Origin: a virus
DNA: 64,000 nucleotides
Direction: 5' to 3' (one strand)
IMG/VR virus record: IMGVR_UViG_3300035703_000062
Span: 10,338-74,337 of that record
How positions within the stretch are numbered: position 1 is the first letter of the stretch; each line of letters starts with the position of its first letter. Both the position numbers and the translations under genes were made by a program. Under the pieces are notes generated by a model. The model worked only from the letters and a program-made list of their open reading frames with translations. It was not told the DNA's origin and ran no database searches. Shown here in pieces: positions 14,777 to 24,737 of the stretch.

Positions 14777-15691
14777 ATGAGCGAATTTCGTATGGATGAA
14801 GCGGGTCTGTTTCTTGAGCGCCAGCTTGAGTACATCCGCCCTCAAGTATTTGAAGTCGAATATGCCGACATCAAATACCCCACAATCCTGCCTGTAACCA
14901 GCGAAGCTGGTCCTGGCGCACAAACCTTCACCTATCGCATCATGGATGCGACTGGTGACTTCAAGCTCATCTCGGACGCTGCAGACGATCTGCCGCGTGC
15001 TGATGTGAGCCAAACCGAGAAGAGCCTCAACATCCGCTCCTTCGGTGGTTCCTTCGGTTACACCGTCCAGGAACTGCGTGCCGCTCAAATGGCCAACGTG
15101 GCTCTTGAGCAGCGTCGTGCCGCCGCTGTGCGTCGCGCTTACGAAGAGAAAGTGGAGCAAGTTGCTCTGTTCGGTGAGGCTTCGGTGAGCCTGGCTGGTT
15201 TCTTCAACAACGCAACTGTTGACGTGCTGGCTGCTGATAAGTGGTTCACTGGCGCTACCGCCACTGGCACCACTGCACAGGACATGCTGGAGCTGCTGAA
15301 CCAGGGTGTTACTGCCATCATCAATGGCTCCAACATGAAGGAGCAGCCCGACACCATCCTGATGGCTTGGGAAGATTACAACGTGGTTTCCACCACTCGT
15401 AACTCTGACTCTTCGGATGTGACTGTGCTGGAGTACTTCCTGCGCACCAACCCCTTCATCCGTAACGTTGAACCCATCAATCAGCTCGATGCCGACAAGA
15501 GCGAGCTGAGCAAGAACCGGATGGTCATCTACAAGCGTGATCCCGGCAAGGTGCAACTGCACATTCCTCAACCCCTGGAACTCTTCCCGCCCCAACAGCG
15601 CGGTCTTGAGTTCATCGTTCCCGCCCATGCTCGCGTGGGTGGTGTCGCTCTGTACTATCCGAAGAGCGTCATCTACGTTCAGGCTCCCTGA
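14777..15691 (+). CDS. Major capsid protein (DUF2184, HK97 fold)
   Basis: FLERQLEYIRPQV, DLPRADV, FGYTVQELRAA, GGV.LYYP; AGGAGG RBS. Confidence 0.93.
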   Translation: MSEFRMDEAGLFLERQLEYIRPQVFEVEYADIKYPTILPVTSEAGPGAQTFTYRIMDATGDFKLISDAADDLPRADVSQTEKSLNIRSFGGSFGYTVQELRAAQMANVALEQRRAAAVRRAYEEKVEQVALFGEASVSLAGFFNNATVDVLAADKWFTGATATGTTAQDMLELLNQGVTAIINGSNMKEQPDTILMAWEDYNVVSTTRNSDSSDVTVLEYFLRTNPFIRNVEPINQLDADKSELSKNRMVIYKRDPGKVQLHIPQPLELFPPQQRGLEFIVPAHARVGGVALYYPKSVIYVQAP

Positions 15692-15759
15692 GGAAGCCCC
15701 TAGGTAGTTCATCAAGAAAAGGGTGGTTAAGCTAATTTGCAGTTCTTTTTGAACACACA

Positions 15760-16146
15760 ATGCTTATTGCTTACCGCCCTGAACTTGAGAATCCGCCGCG
15801 AGAGGCCAGTTTCGGAGTGATTACAAAGCGAGGCATGATTAGCCTCGCTCCCGGTCTTAATCAGGAAATTCCTGATGAACAATGGGAAGAAGCAAAACTG
15901 AACCCAACGGTGCAGGGTCTTCTTCGTATTGGGGCCATTGAGGAAATGAAAGAGAGGGTGGAGATTGAGACCATTCCCAAATCCGCCGAAAATCTTTCAC
16001 AACTTCCTCTTAGTCAGGCCATCCAGGCCATCGAACTTCTCCACGATGAGGACAAACTCGGGGATTGGAAGAAGATTGAAGGTCGCGTGAGGGTGCGCAA
16101 CGCGATTAACCGTCGCCTTGAAGCTATTCGCACAGGAAAGGCATGA
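15760..16146 (+). CDS. Hypothetical virion-module protein
   Basis: ORF after MCP; LAPGLN and R..VR.AI..RL motifs. Confidence 0.65.
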   Translation: MLIAYRPELENPPREASFGVITKRGMISLAPGLNQEIPDEQWEEAKLNPTVQGLLRIGAIEEMKERVEIETIPKSAENLSQLPLSQAIQAIELLHDEDKLGDWKKIEGRVRVRNAINRRLEAIRTGKA

Positions 16147-16454
16147 CAGTCACTTACTCTGGTTTCCTTGAGCGTTTTCCTGAGTTCAGTCCCCATCCAT
16201 CGGGAATTGTGAACGGCGCCATTGAAAGCGCTTCTGCAGACGTATCGTCCGACATCTTTGGTGATCAGACTGACCGAGCTGTACGTTTTCTAGCTGCTCA
16301 CATTATTTCCATCCAGCTTGCTCAAATGGGCGTTCAAATTGGCGCTACAGACGGCAAGGTGTATGGCAAGGGACTAGAAGCCACATTGTATGGCCAGGAG
16401 TTCAAGCGTCTCACTGAAGCGGCATCATCTTCTCTGCTTGGTTTTGTTGTCTGA
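16143..16454 (+). CDS. Head-tail adaptor (DUF4054-like)
   Basis: FLERFPEF, LAAH, T.YGQEF.RL. Confidence 0.85.
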   Translation: MTVTYSGFLERFPEFSPHPSGIVNGAIESASADVSSDIFGDQTDRAVRFLAAHIISIQLAQMGVQIGATDGKVYGKGLEATLYGQEFKRLTEAASSSLLGFVV

Positions 16455-16843
16455 TGACTAATCCTGCCCCGCCACTAGCTAATGCCACCCTGGTATTTGC
16501 AGTGGCGAGCGGATATGCAACAGATTCGGCCACTGGTAATTACGTGGAACTCACAGGAGACGCTACGTACTACGCCACATTGAAGCAGAGCAGGGATCCT
16601 CGGTATGATCAGCGGCTTGGGGCTGATGAAACTGCCGTCTATATGAAAGGCAGATTAGTTGGCCCGTTAGCTTTTTCGGGAGTGCCCCCTGGAAGTGTGG
16701 CAGCAGCCACCATTGAAAATCAGGAGGGGCGTTTTGAACTACTCCCTACGACCGAAATGACTGACCACTACCGTCAGTTTTTGGGCACCCCTATCCACGG
16801 CTACTTTAGAGTTGTGGGAGCAGGAAGTGTCCTTAATCGTTAA
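16454..16843 (+). CDS. Putative head closure/stopper protein
   Basis: Synteny and size only. Confidence 0.55.
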   Translation: MTNPAPPLANATLVFAVASGYATDSATGNYVELTGDATYYATLKQSRDPRYDQRLGADETAVYMKGRLVGPLAFSGVPPGSVAAATIENQEGRFELLPTTEMTDHYRQFLGTPIHGYFRVVGAGSVLNR

Positions 16844-16866
16844 TCACGCTCCTTCGCATTGTTTCA

Positions 16867-17445
16867 ATGGCCATTCAACATCCCACTCAGATCATCAAGA
16901 GTCAGGACACCATCGTGTATGTGGGTGCCCTGTCTGGCGCCACTCGTCCTGTGATCACCCCGGCTTCTGCCGGCGTCCTGTCCCGCCCCACTTCTGGCGT
17001 TCCCGCCAATATGTATTTCCTGGGCGGCGTGACCAATGCCACCGTTTCGTTTAACGATGGCGAACAAGAATACTACCTGCTTGGTGGTGGCGGTTTCGCT
17101 GATAGCGTGAAAGTTACTCAGCGTTGCCAGGCTTCCATCACTTCTTACTTCCAGAAAGATCTGGATGGTAGCTCCATCGACAACACTGCTTTCGATGAAG
17201 CCATGGATGTGATCCTGCGTGGTCGCACCGAGAAGGACTTTGAAATCTACGTGGAGATCTTCAAGTTTCTGGGCGGTCAGACTTATGACCTCACCTGCTT
17301 TGCCGGCACTGTGATGAACTACAACGAGAGCTATCCCGCAGATAACCTCGTTGAGACCACCTTTGATCTGATGAGCCGCAGCACTTATGGTGCTGGTCGT
17401 TGCACCATCTCCGGCGCAATCCTGCCCACCGCTCCTAACTCCTGA
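16867..17445 (+). CDS. Major tail tube protein
   Basis: Biased highly-expressed codon usage, beta-rich, NESYPADNLVETTFDL.S ending, terminator follows. Confidence 0.8.
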   Translation: MAIQHPTQIIKSQDTIVYVGALSGATRPVITPASAGVLSRPTSGVPANMYFLGGVTNATVSFNDGEQEYYLLGGGGFADSVKVTQRCQASITSYFQKDLDGSSIDNTAFDEAMDVILRGRTEKDFEIYVEIFKFLGGQTYDLTCFAGTVMNYNESYPADNLVETTFDLMSRSTYGAGRCTISGAILPTAPNS

Positions 17446-17470
17446 TCCTTTCCATAGAGAAAGTCCCGCA

Positions 17471-17496
17471 AGCCCCCGAAAGGGGGCTATTTTATT
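17471..17496 (+). terminator. Terminator after tail tube gene
   Basis: AGCCCCC-GAAA-GGGGGCT-ATTTTATT. Confidence 0.8.
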
Positions 17497-17499
17497 GAT

Positions 17500-17910
17500 A
17501 TGAACATCCTGCAAGTTAGGGATACAGTTTCGCAGTTACTGGCAGATTTGTTGGGCAGTTATACACTGCCCAACGGCACGACAGTGCCAGCACTATGGGT
17601 GGATGGCAGGAGCGGCGTGCCGAAGGGGTGGAAGGTGCGTGGTATGGAAGCATCCATCAAGCAGTATCCAACGCGCCGTAGCCGGCCCCTGATGGGCATG
17701 GTGGAGATGCGGAAGGCATGGGAAGTTGTGCTTTCACAATACGATCCGTCGAGCGAAGACATGGATGACGCTGTTGATCGCATATTGAGACATTTCCCTG
17801 ACGCTACATTGCAGGGATTTCCGTCAAGCGATAGAGAGTATCAATACGCTCGCTTTATTATTCCTGACATTGAAATTGCCACGCAGTACCGTCCGGTAGC
17901 AAACGAATAG
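17500..17910 (+). CDS. Putative tail terminator/completion protein
   Basis: Size and synteny. Confidence 0.5.
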   Translation: MNILQVRDTVSQLLADLLGSYTLPNGTTVPALWVDGRSGVPKGWKVRGMEASIKQYPTRRSRPLMGMVEMRKAWEVVLSQYDPSSEDMDDAVDRILRHFPDATLQGFPSSDREYQYARFIIPDIEIATQYRPVANE

Positions 17911-17918
17911 AGGGCGCC

Positions 17919-18371
17919 ATGGCTGGTATTGCAAGGATTGTTGGCACTAAAGCATTAGAGCGGGCGCTTTTAAGCGCCTTCCAGCAATGGACAGAGGATG
18001 ACGTGAATGGGGAGTATTGGAGGGAACGATTTGAAGAAAAGTATCCTTATGCTGATCGGATTACGGACAGAAAAGAAAAACCGCCGGCCGGAAATCCTCG
18101 CGACATCCTTGACACGGAAGAACTGTATGAGAGCGGAGTGAGATCTTACGATTATTCCGAAAATAATACTGGCGCTCGCGCTGATTGGCATTGGGATGCG
18201 AAAAACAGCAGTGGCCAAGAATATGCTTGGTATGTTCATGAAGCAGAAGAAGGCCCAAGCCGTGGCTATCCTCGTCGATGGACAGACGAACTCGCGTCAG
18301 AGTATTTGTTTGAAGGCAGCGAGATCAAAGGTAGACTAATGGCCCGCATCGATCAAAGTCTTAATGGTTGA
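17919..18371 (+). CDS. HK97 gp10-like neck/tail completion protein
   Basis: PRDILDT.EL, YAWYVHE, PRRWT motifs. Confidence 0.65.
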   Translation: MAGIARIVGTKALERALLSAFQQWTEDDVNGEYWRERFEEKYPYADRITDRKEKPPAGNPRDILDTEELYESGVRSYDYSENNTGARADWHWDAKNSSGQEYAWYVHEAEEGPSRGYPRRWTDELASEYLFEGSEIKGRLMARIDQSLNG

Positions 18372-18630
18372 CGGCCCCATTGACTATCTGCAGAGCGACT
18401 CTGGAGAGGTGCATGTTATTAATGCCCAAGTGGATGGCCCCACTCTTGAGGCCGGCATTCTCTGCGTTATTTCTTTTTCCGAAACCACCATTAGAATCTC
18501 AAACGAGCAACATTCGTTTCTGATTGAACTGCCGGAAGACGTGCGAACAAAAGGCGAACGTCTTAAAGCGTTTAATGTGCCATTGGCAATTCTGAGTTAT
18601 GAGCAAGTACAGCTTCCTACTGGCATCTGA
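18364..18630 (+). CDS. Hypothetical protein
   Basis: Overlapping ORF in the tail operon. Confidence 0.55.
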   Translation: MVDGPIDYLQSDSGEVHVINAQVDGPTLEAGILCVISFSETTIRISNEQHSFLIELPEDVRTKGERLKAFNVPLAILSYEQVQLPTGI

Positions 18631-19144
18631 AGAAGTCAGTTACTTTGAACTCACTCCGACGCTGCGTTTGCAGCGTCATGGTGGCTGGCTCGTTGCTGAA
18701 AGCATTGAGCAGGAGGAGATTTCCAAGTCTCAAAGCCAGAGCACTATTAAGGCAGTGCAACTTGCAAAGAAAATTGCAGCGGCCAAGGATATTCCCCTGG
18801 ATGAAGCCTTTGAAATGCTTCAGGGTGGTGGCGGCTTCTCTGAGGCTGAGCTTCTGTCGGAATACACCGAAGAAACTCTTTCCATGGTCACATCTGGCGG
18901 CTCTGCAGAGCTTGGCAATGCCAAGCTCATCACGGCATTTATGCGTTGCCGTGGTGAAGGCAAGATTGGCGAAAACTGGAAGCGCCTTGATGACTGGTCT
19001 ATTGATGACACCAAGACCATGACTCGTGAGATGCAAACCAGGATGCTGGAATTTATTGCAGAAGAGCAAGATGCGGAGGTGAAAGCAGCACAAGCAAAAA
19101 AATCGAAGAGGAAGGCGAGGCAGGAAGCCTCGCCGAACGAGTAG
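18599..19144 (+). CDS. Tail assembly chaperone (gpG-like)
   Basis: Upstream of TMP; A AAA AAA slippery site at 19096-19102. Confidence 0.8.
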   Translation: MSKYSFLLASEEVSYFELTPTLRLQRHGGWLVAESIEQEEISKSQSQSTIKAVQLAKKIAAAKDIPLDEAFEMLQGGGGFSEAELLSEYTEETLSMVTSGGSAELGNAKLITAFMRCRGEGKIGENWKRLDDWSIDDTKTMTREMQTRMLEFIAEEQDAEVKAAQAKKSKRKARQEASPNE

Positions 19145-19569
19145 AGAAGAAGGCGCGGGCGTTTCTGAAAGGACTCACTGACTGGAACGCCATTTTTTTC
19201 CGGCTTAATGCATCGTGCCTTAAGGATGATCGATGGGGGCCTGAAAATTTTTCTAAGCAAAAAGTGAAGGATGTGCTAGCCGCCCTCAAATTCCTAGAGC
19301 GGCACGATCACACACAATTCAATTTGCAGAGCGTTTCAGTGGCCAAGATGGCCACGATGGTTGCTCATGCATTAGGCGGAAAGAAGGTGTCGGTAACTGC
19401 CGACGACTTCTTGCCATTTGACACTCGTAAGCTCAAAAAAGAAACTGGCATTACAGAAGAAAGCGCTGCCGTACTGAAGCGTCTGATGAAGACGCGCAAG
19501 ATGGACTCACGAGTGGTTTCCATGCTGGCAGAAGAGCTTAAAAACTCTTCAATGCGCAGTGATGAGTAA
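19102..19569 (+). CDS. Tail assembly chaperone gpT-like extension via -1 frameshift (G-T fusion about 323 aa)
   Basis: -1 frame is open from the slippery site to 19569; hairpin GGCGAGGC/GCCTCGCC at 19114-19134. Confidence 0.8.
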   Translation: MEEEGEAGSLAERVEKKARAFLKGLTDWNAIFFRLNASCLKDDRWGPENFSKQKVKDVLAALKFLERHDHTQFNLQSVSVAKMATMVAHALGGKKVSVTADDFLPFDTRKLKKETGITEESAAVLKRLMKTRKMDSRVVSMLAEELKNSSMRSDE

Positions 19570-19621
19570 TATGATGCGGCGTAAAGGCTACACTTAATAG
19601 AAGAATGCTGTAAGCGCAGTA

Positions 19622-22600
19622 ATGGCGGCGGAACTCCGGCTTGGCGTATCGTTTGATCTTGTATATTTCCGCCAGCAGCTTCAAAAGCTTGGCCGAATTG
19701 CCGCGTCGGAATTTACTGCGCCTATCAAGATCAAGCTTGATCGGCAGGTTGTTGACCGAGAGCTGAATAATTTACAAAAGTCGATAAAAAGACGTAAATA
19801 CAATATTGAGCTAAACATTGCCGGTAATTTAAGCAAAAAAAGCTTTGACGAGCTTCAAGAGCGTTTAGACACTCTTAGTCAGCGTAAAAAAATCGAGGTG
19901 CCTGTCAGCATTAAAAATGCTGCCACCGGCAAAGAAATCTCCGATGCTATTGCGGCGCTGCGATCACGCATTACTCAAAATCAGTCGGTCAAGCAAGGCG
20001 GAGGGAAGCTGCGCATTGGTGTCAGCATTCAGGCATCCATTTCAAATGACGATATTGCAAAATTTAAGAATGCAGTCAAAGAAAAATTTGCCGGGATAAC
20101 CAATAAGGCTGATGTATCTATCGGTGTTAAAAATGCCGCTAGCGGGAAGGATGTCGCGGATACCATCGCTGGGATTAGGAGCCGAATAAATCAGAATCAA
20201 GGAGTCAAGCAAGGTGGAGGCAAGCTCCGCGTTGGACTTAGTATCAAGCCTGCAATCACGAATGCAGACATTGCTGGATTCAAGAGGACTGTAGAGGAGA
20301 AATTCTCGGGACTTAGCGTCAAAATCAAGGCAGACGTACAAGCCGGTTTTGCATCAGGACCGACTGGCGCCGCTGGTTTGTATGAATACATGCGGAACGA
20401 AGGGCTTTCGGGGGGCAACGTGCCCGGAGCCGCACAGGCTGGTCGTCGCGCTCAATTTGAAGCTCGCGTAGCGCAAGCCAATACCGAGCAATTGCAGAGC
20501 ATGTTGCGGCGAGCAGATGTTCCTGGCAGGAGCGGACTTCGCACGAAAGCTGCAATGCAGGAGCGTTTGCGGCAGTTAGATGATGCCGCGATGGAAGGCC
20601 TTCTCGGCAACCTTGAGATGAGAATGCGTGAGCCTAGGAAGGTCGAGCGCTCGTTTTTGGACAAGGTGGCACGAGCCGTCTTCTGGATGGCTGGTGTTGA
20701 TCCCGAATATTTGCGTCAACAAGCAGCACAACGACGAGCGCTACCAAATGTTAGCTTTCCTGCGACTGTCCCACCTGGCCCTTCCATTGGCCCCTCTTCC
20801 ACAGGAAGAGCACTGCCCCCTGGGGCGATCCCTGGCGCACTTCCTGGATCAGCATTTGCACGTCAGCGCTTTCTCCCTCCGCAGATAGGACAAGACCTCA
20901 ACAATATCTTGCGCAATGCAGCGTTTGCGTTTGTTGACTCGCTGAATTCTCGCATTCGTCAAGTGAGCGTGAGGGAGGTCGGCAGGCAGGCTCTCCCCCC
21001 ATCGATGATTCGCGGGCTATTGCCGGCAGGTGTAGGTAGAGAGCCTTCCATCTATGGTGGACCGGCAGAGACTGATCGCACATCCTTCTTGCAGCGTCGC
21101 ATTGATGAAGCGTTGGCAAGATCGGCAGAACGCGGCGCCGCCATCATGGCCAACGAGCCCAGGAAAGGCGTGCTTGGTGCTGGCGGCAGTGGTACCGCTG
21201 GTCCTTACAGGCCCTTTGCTCAGCCTCCCAGGGGAGGGGCGATTGTCCCATATCAGCCCCAGCCATCTCGGCCTTCTGCCGCCTCGCCGATTGACTTTTC
21301 CTTCTTTCAGCAATCAAAGCTGCCATTAACTGGTGCCATTAGGGAGCTAGGCGATGAATTTGGTACTGCAGTTAAACAGGTTTTGCTATTTGGCACAGCT
21401 TACAAAGCATTAGCTTTTGTCACAAGTCTGCCCAGCGAAGCGTTAAATGCAGCGACAGCGCTTCAAACGTTTAGGAACCAGCTTGAAGCCGTTACAGGAG
21501 GAACCGCGCAGGCCGAGCAAGCGTTTGCTTTTGTTAGCGATGTTGTATCGCAACTAAATATCCCTCTGGAAAGCGCACGCGCCGGTTTTATTCGGATGTA
21601 TGCCTCGATGGAGCCAGCAGGGATCGCAAAGGGTGACATTGAAAATCTGTTTGTGGGCATCTCCAAGGCTGCTGCCACCTTTGGCATGAGCACCGACGAG
21701 GTGAATCGCGTGACGAATGCCTTTGCTCAAATGGCAAGCAAGGGGCAATTGTCGGCAGAAGAGGTGAAGAACCAGCTTGGCGACGTGATGCCTGGCGCTT
21801 TGTCTTTGTTCGCAAGGGCCGCGCAGATGGACATCGGAACGTTCTTGAAGGCCATGGAAGATGGCGCATTCAAGGCGGATGCGATGGGGCAGGTGCTTCG
21901 CAACGTAGGTAAGTTACTGAACACCGAATACGGGGGCGCTGCTACCAACGCTGCCAACACATTGCAGGGGGCACTGAATGGCCTGACAACGGCGGTGAAG
22001 CTGATGTACGAAAGCTTTGAGCCGCTTGTCAGTGTTGTCGCTTCCACTCTTTTCCCTCAAATTGAAACGGTTGTTATCGATGCGGCGGAAGCGGTAAAGG
22101 CTTTTGCTGCCGGAATGCAAGGAGCGGCTAATCCGACGGCAGAGCTTAGCTCTAATGGCCTTGCCATGTACAATGCACTGGGGCAGGTTGTTGAAATTGC
22201 GAAATCTTTAGAAGGCATTATCACTGGAGAACTGGGCACTGCGCTAGTAAGACTTGGCGGGCTGTTTTTAACAGTAACTGAATATATTGCCCGCTTGTTT
22301 AATACTGGCCTTGGTCAATGGTTGACGCGAATTGCCATTGAAGTGGGCTTGCTAACAGCGGCGTGGGGCTTGCTTAGCGCATCTGGAATTATTCCTGCAA
22401 CAGTGGCGTTGCTGCGTTTTGTTGCGACTCTGAACATCGCGCAACTTCGCGTGTACATTGCAGGCATCATGTCAATGGTGAGTGCATTCCTTAGCCTGAT
22501 CAATACAACAAACCTTGCAAAGGTTGCAGTGCTTGGCTTTAAGACTGTTGTATTAGGGGCGGTTGGTGCCGGCGTGTTGTTTGCTATTGATGCACTGGTT

Positions 22601-24376
22601 CAGCGGTTCATGAATGTCGGTAGCGCCATTCGTGACGTGGCGGCAGAAGCCAGAAGGGCAAAAGTAGATCTGGACTCTCTTGCCGCCGCCGGCCAGATTG
22701 CTGAAATCCAAGGCAAAAAACAGCTTGTTGAGCCACAGCTACAGTCCATTGAAAAAGCGCAAAGCATTCTTCAGAGGATGCAACAAGCTCGCGGTCAAGG
22801 ACAAGCGCTGCAAATATCCCAGCAGGAATTTGAGACACTTCAAAGAACCGGGCTTGCATCGGGGGTTGATTACAGAGGTGGAGTTGCAAGAGCTGGCCGC
22901 GGTCAAATTGAGGCCAATCTTGAAGCGGCGCGTCGTGGTCGGGTTTCTCTTCTTAATCAACTTGGCGACTTAGACGAAGCCGAGCAGGAAGCATCGCGGC
23001 AAGCGATTATGGCAAGCGAGCGAAATCAAAGGCTTGAAAAAATAACTCTTGCCCCTGGAAAAGAGAAAAAAGATAAAAAACAAAGCATGTCTGATTTAAT
23101 TGGAGGAGATATCGAAAGGTGGCTTGATGAAAGCCTTGCGGCGTTGGAACAGAATATACAAACGCAACTTACTAACGTTGTCCGTGGAACAGACCTCACA
23201 GGAAAAATCAAGTACGGCGAAAACACGGAAGATGCCGAGCGTATGATCAAATACGCCGGCCAATATCAAGAGGTGAGCCTTAAGGTGCTGGCTATTGATG
23301 AAACAATCAAGAAAGTCAGGGAGCAAGCTTCTGCTTTAGTCGCAAATGGCATCGACCCGGCAGAAAAGCTTGCAGCTCTTGAGTCAAAGAGACGAAATCT
23401 TGCATGGGAAGCTGCGACTATCTTCCAAAAGCATTCTGCCGATGCCATTGTGGCCGCAAAGAAAAGGGATGAGGAGCTTGAAAAAGAAAAGCAAAAACGC
23501 ATGCAAATTGTTGAGCTTATCGAAGAGGCTGAAGTTGCTGCGGGCCTGCTCAGTCCCTTGGAAGCCGCTCGCCGCAAGCAGCAAAGGGGATTTGAGACGA
23601 ACTTGGCAGAGGCCAAAAAGAATGGAACGCCAGAGCAAGTAGCGCGGCTAGAGGCGCTACAGGCAGCCACTCCAGTGGTCGGAAGCCTTGGTGAGGCCTA
23701 TCAAAAGGCAAAGAATGAGCTTGATTTACTCCTGGATGGGACGACCGTAATTACTAGCGCTGCACAAGGGTTTGGCGATGCGTTTAGCAAGGCATTCACT
23801 GACATCATTACAGGCGCACAAAGTTGGAAAGAAGGGCTTGGCAATGCGTTCAAAAGCGTTGCCAATATGTTTGCTGACATGGTTGCTCAAATGCTTGCCA
23901 AATGGGCTTTCATGCAAATCGTTGGTATGTTCTTGCCTGGTGCAGGTTCTTTTGCTGGTGGAACGAAGCTTGGCGGATCGGTAGCAATGCCTTCAAGTGT
24001 GGGCATAGGCGCTGGCGGCGGCATCCTTCAGAACACTGGAGGTCAAGGATTTGGTACATTTGGTCCGAACTTTGGCATTCGTCAATTTGCAACCGGAGGC
24101 CTTGTAACTGGTCCCACCCTGGGTCTTGTGGGCGAAGGGCGCTTTAATGAGGCTGTGGTGCCGCTGCCTAACGGCAAGAGCATTCCCGTGGATCTTGGCC
24201 AGGGTGCTGGCAATAACATTTCTACTAACATTGTTGTCAATATGAACAATGGCCAATCGAACAGTCAGATGAGCGGACGCGGTGGTCAAGCACTGGGTCG
24301 CGAACTTGAAGGCGCTGTTCGTAATGTCATCCTGAAAGAAACCCGCCCAGGCGGCCTCATCTACAGCGCACGCTAA
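19622..24376 (+). CDS. Tape measure protein
   Basis: 1584 aa; AFAQMASKGQLSAEEVKNQLGD tape-measure domain; C-terminal FATGG.V.GPT..GEG..EAVVPL and E.RPGGL. Confidence 0.95.
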   Translation: MAAELRLGVSFDLVYFRQQLQKLGRIAASEFTAPIKIKLDRQVVDRELNNLQKSIKRRKYNIELNIAGNLSKKSFDELQERLDTLSQRKKIEVPVSIKNAATGKEISDAIAALRSRITQNQSVKQGGGKLRIGVSIQASISNDDIAKFKNAVKEKFAGITNKADVSIGVKNAASGKDVADTIAGIRSRINQNQGVKQGGGKLRVGLSIKPAITNADIAGFKRTVEEKFSGLSVKIKADVQAGFASGPTGAAGLYEYMRNEGLSGGNVPGAAQAGRRAQFEARVAQANTEQLQSMLRRADVPGRSGLRTKAAMQERLRQLDDAAMEGLLGNLEMRMREPRKVERSFLDKVARAVFWMAGVDPEYLRQQAAQRRALPNVSFPATVPPGPSIGPSSTGRALPPGAIPGALPGSAFARQRFLPPQIGQDLNNILRNAAFAFVDSLNSRIRQVSVREVGRQALPPSMIRGLLPAGVGREPSIYGGPAETDRTSFLQRRIDEALARSAERGAAIMANEPRKGVLGAGGSGTAGPYRPFAQPPRGGAIVPYQPQPSRPSAASPIDFSFFQQSKLPLTGAIRELGDEFGTAVKQVLLFGTAYKALAFVTSLPSEALNAATALQTFRNQLEAVTGGTAQAEQAFAFVSDVVSQLNIPLESARAGFIRMYASMEPAGIAKGDIENLFVGISKAAATFGMSTDEVNRVTNAFAQMASKGQLSAEEVKNQLGDVMPGALSLFARAAQMDIGTFLKAMEDGAFKADAMGQVLRNVGKLLNTEYGGAATNAANTLQGALNGLTTAVKLMYESFEPLVSVVASTLFPQIETVVIDAAEAVKAFAAGMQGAANPTAELSSNGLAMYNALGQVVEIAKSLEGIITGELGTALVRLGGLFLTVTEYIARLFNTGLGQWLTRIAIEVGLLTAAWGLLSASGIIPATVALLRFVATLNIAQLRVYIAGIMSMVSAFLSLINTTNLAKVAVLGFKTVVLGAVGAGVLFAIDALVQRFMNVGSAIRDVAAEARRAKVDLDSLAAAGQIAEIQGKKQLVEPQLQSIEKAQSILQRMQQARGQGQALQISQQEFETLQRTGLASGVDYRGGVARAGRGQIEANLEAARRGRVSLLNQLGDLDEAEQEASRQAIMASERNQRLEKITLAPGKEKKDKKQSMSDLIGGDIERWLDESLAALEQNIQTQLTNVVRGTDLTGKIKYGENTEDAERMIKYAGQYQEVSLKVLAIDETIKKVREQASALVANGIDPAEKLAALESKRRNLAWEAATIFQKHSADAIVAAKKRDEELEKEKQKRMQIVELIEEAEVAAGLLSPLEAARRKQQRGFETNLAEAKKNGTPEQVARLEALQAATPVVGSLGEAYQKAKNELDLLLDGTTVITSAAQGFGDAFSKAFTDIITGAQSWKEGLGNAFKSVANMFADMVAQMLAKWAFMQIVGMFLPGAGSFAGGTKLGGSVAMPSSVGIGAGGGILQNTGGQGFGTFGPNFGIRQFATGGLVTGPTLGLVGEGRFNEAVVPLPNGKSIPVDLGQGAGNNISTNIVVNMNNGQSNSQMSGRGGQALGRELEGAVRNVILKETRPGGLIYSAR

Positions 24377-24381
24377 TCACC

Positions 24382-24735
24382 ATGGCACAACCCACTCTCA
24401 CTCTTGAAGTTGAATATGGCCTTACAGCGCGTAGAGGCACGCGCGTCAGGCGCGTGCAATTTGGCGATGGCTATGAACAGGTGGTACCTGATGGCGCAAA
24501 CACTGACATCAGACGCTACGACATTAGGACTGTGCCAATCACTGATGCACAGGCGAGTGCATTAGACGATGATCTTTCCTCGTTGTCTGGTGATTTCTTC
24601 TATGCCCAATTCTTTCAAGATGATGCTAAGTACAAATACAGGCTCGATCCAAATGAATGGGCATGGGAAAGCGTCGGTCCCGATGTGAATATAATTTCAT
24701 TCTCTTGTAAGCGCGTGTACGACTCTAGGGATTGA
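24382..24735 (+). CDS. Distal tail protein (lambda gpM-like)
   Basis: QFGDGYEQ..DG.N motif. Confidence 0.88.
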   Translation: MAQPTLTLEVEYGLTARRGTRVRRVQFGDGYEQVVPDGANTDIRRYDIRTVPITDAQASALDDDLSSLSGDFFYAQFFQDDAKYKYRLDPNEWAWESVGPDVNIISFSCKRVYDSRD

Positions 24736-24737
24736 CG

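Noticed and set aside
13542-15760. Long antisense ORFs (366 and 387 aa; likewise 31731-32966 and 37272-38105)
   Set aside because: Shadows of codon-biased structural genes on the plus strand; no recognisable motifs
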